DNA of 63,990 nt, the filler included, from Diploschistes diacapsis (lineage: Eukaryota), in assembly GCA_023645945.1 (NCBI GenBank). It is 7 parts of 7 records of this genome, joined end to end, with 100 filler letters (N's around TTAATTAATTAA, not from the genome) between each part and the next. Parts side by side here need not be neighbours in the genome. Positions count along the whole stretch, not along the records: positions 46,713 to 55,894 come from JALAIB010001065.1; positions 55,995 to 63,990 come from JALAIB010001212.1; 5 more parts are not named here. One strand, 5' to 3'. A program made the translations under genes and the position numbers. Below, piece by piece: positions 53,323 to 63,990 of this stretch. Positions within the stretch are counted from its first letter, which is position 1. Every line of letters starts with the position of its first letter. The notes under the pieces are model-generated. The model did no database searches. It saw nothing but the letters and a program-made list of their open reading frames with translations, and was not told the DNA's origin.

Positions 53323-54273
53323 GTGACTGCAGATGCGAAAAAATCTGTCTTGATTACTGGTTGTAGCGAAGGTGGCTTAGGCCATGCGCTTGCTAAACAG
53401 TTTCAGGCCTGCGACTTCACAGTGTTTGCGACTGCACGAGATGTCAAGAAGATAGGGCTCCTTGCCCAGGCGGCGAATGTGATCCCTCTGGAGCTCGATG
53501 TTTCGAAGCCTCAACATGTTGCCCGTGCCGTTGACCGCGTCAGTAAGGAAACGGGTGCTCTGATATATCTCGTCAACAATGCTGGCCGAAACTATTTTAT
53601 GCCGATCCTTGACTGTGATATCGAGGTATCCAAGCCCATCTTCGATACTAACGTTTGGGGCCCCTTGGCTCTTACGAAAACTTTTGCGTCTCTGGTGATC
53701 AAAGCCTAAGGTAGCATAATCAATATAGCTTCCGTTTCCGGCCATATTAATGTGCCATGGATGGGAGAAGGTTAATTCTTGGCACTTGTAGGTACTGAAG
53801 CGATTTGCAGGTGTCTACACTGCGTCGAAACGGCCATGGAGATATTAGCTGAAATGCTTCGTTTGGAGCTTGCGCCGTTTGGCGTTGGTGTACTCAGTAT
53901 CATCACAGGCGCCGTGCAGTCTCTTGGCCAGACTTATTTCGATGATTTGAGGCTCCCAGACAATTCCATCTACAAGTGAATCGAAGAGACTTTCAGAGCA
54001 AGAGCCCGCGGCGAAGATGGAGTTAGAGGAGTATTCGAACAACGTTGTGAATGAGATTTACCAGGGCTCGACAGGTAGGTGCTGGCTGGGCACGACTGCC
54101 AGCACGATCAAGTATGCAAACATGGTCGCACCGCAAAGCTTGATTGTCAGTTGAATGTACTCCAGTATTGGAGACTCAAAGCTAGAAAGCTGACATTTTT
54201 GCAGGAAATGGGCATTAGCAAAGGCACGGGCCTTGACGAGCTGCAGAAAAAGATACAGAGGAAAGCACCTTGA
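53323..54273 (+). pseudogene. Short-chain dehydrogenase/reductase (Ayr1-like) pseudogene
   Basis: SVLITGCSEGGLG, VFATAR, LVNNAG, FDTNVWG, YTASK, LRLELAPFGV; in-frame TAA 53707, frameshift ~53830, TGA 53977; no ATG and no GT donor where expected. Confidence 0.85.
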
Positions 54274-54774
54274 GTTCGAATAAAAACATAGCGAACTAGC
54301 TTCGTCGAATATCAAGAGTAGTAAACGATGTACAGATGAAACACTATGAGGTATATGGCCAGGGAAATGCTTCGGATGTGGTTTAAAAGATGCTTCCGAG
54401 CGCCTATGTGAATCGCATACATAGCATATATGGATGGCTCGAATGTGACACCAGTCCATGGGCCCAGGTCATGATCTCTTCATCTAGCATTCCTGAACAT
54501 CCGGCAGATCTGGGATTCCGAACCTCGCTCGTATCAACCCTTTCCTAGCCCGAATTTGGTCTATAAGAGACATGAAGATCTGTATTTTTGTATGGGCTGA
54601 AGCGAGTTTAAGTTAGTGTACAGTACGGCTAACAAATCATAATACTACACTAGCACCCTAGACACTGGTGTTTACTTTGACTCGCTTAAACCTCCATGTA
54701 TTATCCTGGATAGTAAAACTTAGCACTAGCTCAGCCTCTAACCCTCCCATCCTTTCAACCTTGGGGCATCCATA

Positions 54775-55194
54775 ATGAAGGTCAGAATCAAGCAATGGAA
54801 CGCCGTCGCGACCTGGCGGTGGGACATGCCCGAGGACGACGTCTGCGGCATCTGTCGTGTTCAATTCGATGGCACGTGTCCGACGTGCAAATTCCCGGGT
54901 GATGACTGTACACTGTGTAAGTGAAAGGCCGCTCACATCTCTGCATGGTCGCTAACAGCCTGTTGAAGTGATGGGCAAATGCGGCCATGCATTTCACATG
55001 GTATGTTCCTATGTTAGATGCTAGTTCCGTTATTGACTCGTCGAAGCACTGTCTTCTTACGTGGATTCGACAAGACTCATCGAAGAGTTTGTGTCCAATG
55101 TGCCGTCAAAGTGAGTTCAAAGTACGCGGCTTGTTGCGGTACGCTTACGGGTTCTGCAGAGTTTGAGTGGAAGCAGGACGACGACCCATCATGA
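54775..55194 (+). CDS. APC11: Anaphase-promoting complex RING subunit 11; exons 54775-54916, 54969-55000, 55047-55110, 55160-55194
   Basis: Spliced MKVRIKQWNAVATWRWDMPEDDVCGICRVQFDGTCPTCKFPGDDCTLLMGKCGHAFHMHCLLTWIRQDSSKSLCPMCRQKFEWKQDDDPS; absent from the ORF track. Confidence 0.95.
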
Positions 55195-55894
55195 GAGTCG
55201 GACATGTCCGATGTCTTGGACTTCCCTGGCCATTCAGGGCTTGACCTAGAAGTAATGGATTGGCACCAAGTGTATTGTTTTCAGCGCTCTTCTTGCGACC
55301 AGCGAGCCGAGCCAATCCAGCATCCGGCAATCTGACGGGCATTATCAAGAGGCAAGAGCTAGATTCCAGTCGTTGCGTCTGCATACGAATGTGGTGAAGG
55401 TGTGGAGTGAAGCCGGTCCGAAGACAGAAGAGGAAACTAGTCGTAGTTAGCCGCATTTAGGCGATGTCCCCATAACCTCCAAAACCGTAGGACATGGCCT
55501 GGAGATGCTCAGGCGAGCAGGTTCCTTATAGATGTACTCAAAGGAGCCACATGATATGATAGGGACAAGTACAGACTATAAACGTCGTCTATGGTGAATG
55601 AAACGTGAAGAATTACGCCGTATCTCAAGCTACACGAAACAGCCAATGTAATATTAATATTAAAGTTGACTCTTTTTAAATACGCAAACACTACCATTTT
55701 CCCTATCGAAATGCCCCCATAACAGCAGAAAACACCAACAATCACGAACACGGACCCCAACACTTCCCACCTTTCATCCCTTCCAATCAAACATGTCCGC
55801 CTCCCCTGAACCTCGCAAACAATCCTCCAGCTCCTCCACCCGAACCACCATCCGCCCGCCCCAACCCACGCAACCACAAACACAAACGCACAGC

Positions 55895-55994
55895 NNNNNN
55901 NNNNNNNNNNNNNNNNNNNNNNNNNNNNNNNNNNNNNNTTAATTAATTAANNNNNNNNNNNNNNNNNNNNNNNNNNNNNNNNNNNNNNNNNNNN
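55895..55994. other. Artificial contig linker
   Basis: Same 100-nt spacer. Confidence 0.99.
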
Positions 55995-58779
55995 CCCCTT
56001 CTCCCCCACCAGCCTCGCCCTCCCATCCAACCCCTTTAACCCATCGCACTTCTCCAGCACCAGCTCCAGCAGCTCCTTCCGCCGAATAACATCCAGATGC
56101 TTCGCCACGCGTCCGTCCTCCCTCGCGAACCGCTCCACCTCCCTCTCGCTCAGCCCCTTCCCCAGCCGCGCGTCCAGCTCGCGCGGGAAATGATGGTAGA
56201 ACTCGCTCAGCAGCTCCACGTTCAGGAACAGCACCGCCGTCGCCGTCAGCTTGTCGGCCACGGCGTCCAGGAAGATCTCGGGGCAGCGGTACCTGCTCGC
56301 CGGCGCCAGGCGCGCGCACGGCTTGGCCTTCAGCGCCGCCAGCCGCATGCGCAGCACCGCGGCCCGGGCCCTCAGGAACGCCGCCTCGCGGCCCTTGGCC
56401 AGCAGCGTGGCGCTGAAGCCGCCGGCGCCCGTGGTGGCGCTGCTGTCGGGCTCGACGACGACGTCGCCCGCGCGCGCGCGGTCGATGAAGGAGAGCACGT
56501 CCGCGAGCTTGCGCTTGCCGCCCACGGCGTCCTGCACGCCGCGCTCGGCCGCCTCGCAGTCCCGGAGCTCCTTCTTCAGCGACGCGGCGACGCTCTGCCG
56601 CGCCTTGGCCCATTCGTTGTCATCCACGTCGATCTCGAACTTGAAGGGCTTGATGCAGTTTTCGACCTGGTCAGACGTCGAGTAGAACCGGTCGTTGAGG
56701 ATGCTGGAGGCGGCGCTCGTGATGGCCTCGCGGGCGAATGGATGCGACGCGAAGGTCGAGCGGGAGATTAGGTCTTCGATGTGGGATTGGAGGGCGTTGG
56801 CGGTTACCGTTGTTGCCAGGCGGCCGATGCCCAATTTTGTTAAAGCAGATGAAGAGGCGTCGAGCTGGCGGCGCCAGTAGAGGGAGTCTTCTGCTGCGGT
56901 AGGCAGAGTGGAGAGCGGGTTGGGGTCCTGCGGGGATGGGGAGAGGTCGTTGACGGGCTTGTTCCAGTAGCGCTGGGCGAGGATGTCGAGGACGCGCTGG
57001 TCCAGCTCGGCTTTCAGGAGTTCACGGACTTGCGCTCGGCCAAACGATTCAGCCAGGGCCTTGAAGGAGTGTTTGAAGGTATCGAGGGACTCGGCAAGGT
57101 AGGAGTCGGCGCTGAGGGGGCGATCGTTGTACTGAACCTTGAATTCGTAGGTGGCTTCTTCTAATTCTTGGCGGATGGCGTCGATTGTGTCTGAGAGGCT
57201 CGAGGCCATCGTGTTTTCGAGAACATACATCAGCTTCTTGCGGAGGGTTGTTGTACCTGTGGATAATTCCGATTCTGGACCAAATTCTGATGGATGTGCT
57301 GAGAAGTATGCGTTCTCGTTACGAGCGACAGCAGTTGTGATGTTCCCGCTGCTCCTTGAGAACAAGCCAGTCGCTTGAGGGAGTCTGCTAACCACGCCGA
57401 CGTATCCAAGTCTGAGCGGGTACTTTTTGTCGCTGAGGATGCTTGCTCCTCGCTTAGGATCAACGAGATCCATTTTCGTAACCACGCCGATGGTCCTCTC
57501 TCCTCTGGGGTCGACTCTGCGGCTCGCCCTTAGCGCGGTTGAGTTCGCCAGGTCGACGTCTGCGGCAGAGATGGCAAGGATGACATTGGGAGGTTGGATG
57601 TATTTGTCGCAGAGATCTGAGATCTTCTGCTTGAGTTCGACAGGTTGATCCATTCCAACCACTTGAATGTAGCCCGGTAGATCGATCAGTGAGAGGTCCG
57701 GGATGTTTGGGGAATATATCGACAGTTGAATAGGATCATCCGACACACAGTCCTTAGCAGGGACCGCCAAGTTTAGATCTGTTAGGGTCTTCTGAATTTG
57801 TGAAAAGTCGGTAATCTTGCCAAGTCCCAAGGCAGGAAACTCTCCATACTCAGCGCTGGCCTCCGGAGTATTCACCAGTGTGAGCTCGATAGGCCTGCGT
57901 GTGACCATGTTTGAACCTTTTGGTAAGAACTCATGTCCAACGATGGCTTCTAAAACCGAGCTCTTCCCTGATGATTGCGATCCAATAACGACGATGGAGG
58001 GAAGTGTAAGCGCATTCGACTGCCCGACCTGTTGTAGTATGCTTCTTATCTCGATCATCTTCTTCGTTAAGATCATCATCTGGTCATCCTTGGCTGCGTG
58101 CTCGTCCGACCTGCTATCCCCTTCAGCAGACTGCGAATATCCGAAAGCTGCTGCAGTAGCTGCAGCAGCAGCACCAGTATTTGACTGCCTTGGCGAGCCT
58201 CCATCCGAGCCCCCTGCTTCTCCTTCCGGGCCAGCCTCTTCACCAGTAAATATTTTCCGTACCCATTCTGGCAGCTCTGTACCCCTTTTAACGTCGTCTC
58301 TTGTACTCTCAAAGCCTGCAAATGTCTGCCCCGCAATGTCCTTCACGCTGCCAAATAAACTCGAAGCGGCAGAACTCGCCGAATCACTCGCCCGACGCAC
58401 AGTATCCACTGCATATGTGTAGCCCTCTACACTCTGTAAGTATTTTACCCCCAATGATGCACGACGGAAACTCACGAGTCGCCTGATATTGTAAATAAGC
58501 TAGCCCGCCCACCGCTGCCCCTCCCATCATTGCTGGTATCCTAAGCAGCTTCGAGGCGAGCTTCGGAAGGGCCCTAGCAAATGAGAACGTGCGGACGGCA
58601 GGTACATTGTGTATCGAGTAGGCGCCCGACGGCCATGGCCGCCGGTGAAGGGATCGAGGGCCGGTAGTATTGCGAAGAATTCCATTGCTGGAAAGGTAGT
58701 GAAACTCGCGCCGGCTGTGGATCGGTGCCTGGCGCACACGCAGTAGAGGGGAGAGGAAGAGGAGGCGTCGCGCACTCAT
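55995..58779 (-). CDS. MGM1: Mitochondrial dynamin-like GTPase Mgm1; one intron ~58476-58426; stop codon lost at the contig end
   Basis: Mitochondrial presequence, LPSIVVIGSQSSGKSS, VTRRPIEL, DLPGY, TKMD, DKLTATAVLFLNVELL. Confidence 0.96.
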
Positions 58780-59702
58780 GTTGGAGCCCGGTCATCCCAT
58801 CATCAAAACGTGTGTGCGAGAAAAGAATGTTGGCTTGACGGTGTGTATGGCTTGTATGTTCTTTGCTACGCGGTATCCGGCTTCGGGTAAGCGCGGGTCT
58901 TGTTCGGAGCGGCTATGGTGATCCCCTAGCTTGTAATATTCGACTTTCCCAGCGGACGATAATTTAGGAGTAAGCAGAATAATAATTGACTGTCTCGGCT
59001 GATATACATATGTCTATCTTATCGTTTCAGCAAAAACTTTTGGGGCCGAAAAGGCCAAAATTGTCCAACCCCTTTATCTGTCCGTCACCGGCTGTCTAGG
59101 TCCTCATGCATGTCACGCGTATGTTTTAGGCATCGTATCCTACGGAGGCGCTCTACGATAGCGGCGCGGTTGCGGCTGTACGGAACTTGAAAAAGCGCAT
59201 TAGTACAGCTTCAGGTAGCTGGCGACAAGTAGGTGCTTAGTAGGCGCCATGGTGCTGAAGGTGCTGAAGGGTGTGTTTGTGGGGAGTGGTTGAAGGACTC
59301 CGTAGGTTAGTAGGTAGGTAGGCGACAAAAAGGGGGTTTTCGAAAGGTGCTCTAGGTGTTGTCTCATTCTCGAAGTAAGTAGGCGATGCTACTAAAGATC
59401 CTTGCGTAGGAGAGGTGGGAGGGATGAGCATATCAAACGAACTTTACAATGAGACATAAATTTGCTACTTCAAAATTCCAATACTGTGTTAGGGTATCCC
59501 CTTGAGCATATCTGCTAATGGTGCGATATTCATGGAAGGGTTGCAGATGCACGTTACATATCTACCACACCTTTTGTTTAGATAGAGCAATAGAAATGGC
59601 TTCCCTAGCGCTTGGGCTCCTTGTTTGTACATGTTCCCTCCAGAGCAAACCGCATAAAGCCAAATCTAAACACCACCGCTAAGATACCGCATGCAAAGAG
59701 GA

Positions 59703-62700
59703 TTAGTCGCCCATAATCTCATCATCTTCTCCAGACTTGTTATCGTGGTTAGCCTCGTTAGTACCATTCGCCGTCGCTTCATCCTCGTTAGGAAGATCAT
59801 CTTGCAGCTCGCGTCTCCGTAGATCCTCTTCACCACCTGATTCGACCTCCTCAATTTCCTCATCCTCATCTTCGATCAGCTCTGTGGACTTTGAAGGGGC
59901 TTCATTCTTCTGCAGGACCGCTGTCGCTTTAGGCTTAGCTCGGGAAGCTCTCTTTGGTTTCGGTTCGTCTAGGTAGTTCAAGACGTCTCTGAAATTGGAG
60001 CCCAGTTTCATCTTGTTCCGTAGAAGGCGCTTGCGGAGCTCTCCCTTATTCGGACCAGAGGCGTCAAGAACACGCGCAACGATTGCAAGTACCATCTTGC
60101 CCGTCAACTCACAGAGTCTCTTCTCTGCAAGCAGGGTCTCTTGCCTTCTTCGGAGCTTGTCGGATTCGTCTGCGTCTTCATCATCCTCAGACTCTTCCTC
60201 GGGGTCTGATTCGGGCTCCTCTGGGAGCTCATCATCTGCTGCCTCTTCGAGCGTTTTATGGGTCTTCTTCGCATAATACCTTTCAGCAGCAACAAAGCTG
60301 GACAAAATTTGCTCCTGCCCTTGGGGAGACACCTCTTGAGCAAGGTCTGCCAAAGCCGAAGTTCCTGCCTCGTCCTCAACCTGAGCGTTTCTGAAAGTAG
60401 CAAATAGCATATGAATCTCCAATAGAGTTCCAATTGCGGAGAGACGGGCAATGTCAAGCTTCTCACGCTGCTTAATGAGGTCAGTCAATGCAGCCACGGT
60501 TGCCACACGGGCGGGCACTTCGCCAGGCCCTTCGTCAATCTCGACATTTTCTTGAATCGCACGAGCCGTCCACATGTAAAAGGCCAACAGCGCATTCGCG
60601 GCGTTGACGATGATGGCGTCTGCGTCTGCGTCGTCAACACCAGAATACCGATTGATAAGCTCGATTAGCAAGTCGATGATCTTCGAGGGCGACGTGTTTT
60701 GCGCCTTTGACATGACTCGCGGCTCCTTTAGAAAAGCGTCCGTCGGATCGGAAATATTGGCCAATCTTAAGATTCGGTGAACGGTGCTAGCGATCGTCCT
60801 CATCTGAGGAGCCTTGGCTCTAATGTTCTGTCTCAAAGCAGAAGTCGTCTTTTCCCAGAGCTCCTGCAATTTAGCATCGGTAACTTCTTCCAGGTCCTCG
60901 AAGGTAGTAGCGTGTAGCAATGTACTGCTAGCTTCGGCAAGGACGTTCCGATCAGCATGGCTCAAGAATTGCTTGTTTATATCTTCTAGCAAAGAATCAA
61001 ACTCGGTAGAGTCCTGGCGAAGCTCCTGAAAGACTTCCAGATCTAGGATGCGTCCGAGACGTAAGACTGCGGAAGCTGCCGCGGGATTCGCACCGAATTT
61101 ACGTAGGAGACGTGGCAGGAACTGAGCTAGATGAAGGGCGGTTTTTTCTTGAACCTCTCGAGATTCGTCCGTACGGACTCTGCTGGGTTTTCTTTTCGTG
61201 GCCGTTCCTGAGCCGATTGCTTCGGCCAATCTTGACTTCGCGGCAACATTCAAAAGTTCCAAAAGTAGCTTCTCTTGCTTTTCGGTCAGTCCACAGCGCT
61301 GCTTAAACGTCTCAAGTGGATCATTCTTTGACTTCGCAGTGGTAGCTGTGGAGATATCGTAGAGAAGGTATCCAGCCAACATTTCCCATTCTTGAACTTC
61401 CTCTATGCCCTGATAAACGACCTGAGCAGCCATTGTGTACCTTGACTCCACATTGCCCCAGTGAATGACGCTTTCTACACCTGGAGCTGGTGTACTATTC
61501 TGGCTGTCCTCGAAGTCATATGAATCGAGCAGCTCGGCGATGCATTTAAACTTCAGCCATAATCTATGAGGGCTGTCGTAGTCATCTTCTGCTTCCTCTC
61601 CTATCGCGTCTTCCAGCCCCTCTTCCCCACCAAGCTCCTCGACAACAGCCTCCAAAGAATCATCCACGTTAGCTGCAAAGAAAGGCGCTACAGCCTTTCG
61701 CACCTTGGCTTCCGTGTCGAAGATAAGCCTTCCAATAGAGTCAACGTCGTCTGGCTCCAGGAGTCCCATTTCGCGAATGGCATCAAGAAGCTCAATCGCT
61801 AGTGCACGAATGCCTGGCTCAGCATCTTGCGCCGCAACCTCGACCATGCGCGGACGGAAGCGTTCCGTGAAGGCGCGTAATCTCCCTAGGTTTTCATTGT
61901 CCTGATAGAGCTTTAGAAGCTGTTTAACTACCTCGAGTCTGACCTGATGGTGATGATCTGACAACAGCCAGCCCAGATATCGCAGGTACGACCCCTCGAA
62001 GAATACATCTGGGCAGATCAGGATCCATGTGCCAAGCGCAGCCGCACAGTCCGCGCGAATTTTCGGGTCCACGTCGCGATACCGATGTATAAAAACAGTG
62101 TCGAAGATGTCAAGCATCCACCTCTGCGCGCCTTCCCTTCTAGTTTCGATCTCCTCGATCTTCGCTTTCAAGGCAGCCACACGCGCTTTGTTGACCGACT
62201 TTCGCTTTTCTTCACCTTCTTTTTGTCGCGTCGTTGTTGCGATGCTGTTCGCGACCTCCTTGAGAATGTTGCAAAATGCAGTCGCAATGGCGATAAGAAC
62301 GACAGTGGCCGTATGCCGGAAAGGCCGGATAGTGGATGAAGACATGGCAGTCACCCAGACCATGATATTCTCAATGAAAACCACGTCATCGTGCAGAATC
62401 CTCAGGGCGTGAGCAGTCTGCACAAGAGACGCGAGAAAGTCCTCCATAATCGCGCGAGAAAATATGTTGTCCTTTGCCCTTGATATTAAAGGATAATCAG
62501 TGATGTTCTTGCTTTGATATTCTTCTTGCAAATCTGTGAGCTTATTCGGGGCATTATCTGGATCCTCAATGTCGTGAACGTCGAGTTGAGAATCGAAGCC
62601 GGTGCATTTCAGGAAGAAGTTGATGAGGTCGGTCATTGCATTGGCATTGTGGAGCTTGTAGCTGTCCATCCAGCTGGCAGCAATATCATCGGTCGAACTG

Positions 62701-63193
62701 CCCTGGAGAAATACTTCGGCTGAGCGCACGTTAGTTCCGACTGCTTCATAATTGACACCAACGTACCGTAAAGACCTGTGCCTTCAGCGCCGGATGCCAT
62801 GGTCACTCCGGGGCGTGCTTTCCTCGGTTTGGGCTTGGAAGGCTTCTTGACACCGTTTGGAGCTGGGCGCATCGCCAGTGTAAGTCCTCCCGGCGGCGCG
62901 GTCTTGATTTTCTTTGCGGCTGGCTTGCGCGGCGCTTTCTTCGCCTTTCTCTTACTCGCCTTCATTTCTTCGGGCTCGCTGTCTTCATCGGATCCCTCAT
63001 CGTCCATGTCTTCTTCCGCGTCTTGTACCTCCGACTCGGCGCGTTGTGCGCGTTTTCGCTTTGCAGTACCGTTTGTCGGTATCGAGATTTTTGGATCCGC
63101 TTGGTACAGGATTGGTTGTTTGACTGTACGCCCAGACCGCCGGCGGTTTGGCGCGTCTGCTGGCGATGAAGCGGGAGGTTCTAGGGCGTCCAT
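59703..63193 (-). CDS. SCC3: Cohesin STAG subunit Scc3/Psc3; intron ~62766-62721
   Basis: STAG domain RPFRHTAT, FIHRYRDVDPKIRADC, YLRYLGWLLSD, FTERFRPRMVE. Confidence 0.95.
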
Positions 63194-63990
63194 ATTGAGC
63201 AATACTCCTGGCATCAAGATGGCATGGAAATTTGACAGTTTAAAGGGTGTATGTTTGAAAATCGCATGGGTACAAGAAAGGAAATGGAGAAGATATGATT
63301 GATATGCAAATGGGGGAGAAGAAGGTATGGGAAACGCGACACAAACGGTGGGAGATTCAGGCCCCGCAGGCGCGCCTGGTTGTGTTTGTTCTTGGCACTT
63401 TAGCACTGAACTACTGGATAGTACAACGTAGGGCTTCCTAAGGACTCCGTTATTTTCTCGTCATTTCTCACAAGAGAATAGAGTATCTACAGATGGGAAG
63501 CGTCTTCTGTAGGCTTCATCATAGGAGTCGCGGCCGATCCCGGCCAGTCTATTTGAGAAAACATGTGCTATAGTAGTCGAATAGCACTGAAGTACGTTCT
63601 GTAGAATGAAGCAACTTCTGACTCGGGATGGCCCAAGATAAGGGTTTCCATGATTCGATTTCACTGTTAACTCTTCCTGGAGACTCTGGGGTCGATAACG
63701 CCCGGCAAGATATAATTTGAAAAGGCTAACGAATGTAACAATGGCTTCATATACCCAAGAATGGCCGCTTCCCCTTTTTCCCCAAGCGGCGCTCGCCCAG
63801 GCCACGGAGAAATCCACCTCACACTATTGCCGCCATCTACACCTTCATTCCGCACTCTAGCCTTCACCTACCCCCTAAAACTCGTCTCCTCTACACCTCA
63901 CACCTTATCCGCCCGGCCAGGCAGCCACAACACCCCATCAGACCCCCAACATCCCAATCCCAATCCCAATCCCAATCCCTCGGCCCTCCC

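Noticed and set aside
63951..63980. (AATCCC)n as a telomeric repeat
   Set aside because: The unit is CCCAAT, not CCCTAA; only ~5 copies and followed by other sequence

Overview
Eukaryotic DNA from a filamentous ascomycete (Pezizomycotina-type genes, short GT-AG introns, RIP-like AT-rich relics). The window is not one locus. It is seven contigs joined by identical 100-nt linkers (N44-TTAATTAATTAA-N44) and ordered by decreasing length (9265, 9260, 9231, 9229, 9227, 9182, >=7996 nt), so neighbourhoods across the linkers mean nothing. Six contigs carry mostly housekeeping genes: SEC18/NSF, ARO1, FYV10, PTH1, an AT-hook protein, CCT1, AP-3 beta, TVP15, a Na/K-ATPase-like P-type pump, glucosidase II beta, a PIN-like protein, TUM1, APC11, MGM1 and SCC3. 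Contig 3 (18726-27956) holds only recognisable pseudogenes: a heme-thiolate peroxidase, a HeLo-like-family fragment, a PNP_UDP/NB-ARC/TPR NLR and a kinase-like gene. Most notable observations: (i) a 161-bp segment of the NLR effector domain is inverted between 5-bp ACAGT/ACTGT inverted repeats and restores an in-frame domain when flipped; (ii) an unclassified element end, TTCCTAAGCGAAGC, occurs three times on two contigs; (iii) ARO1 intron 1 ends in GG instead of AG; (iv) an 8-nt microexon in TVP15; (v) two tiny MITEs (Tc1/mariner-type and hAT-type) upstream of the ATPase. All calls come from reading the sequence by eye; no database search was run.
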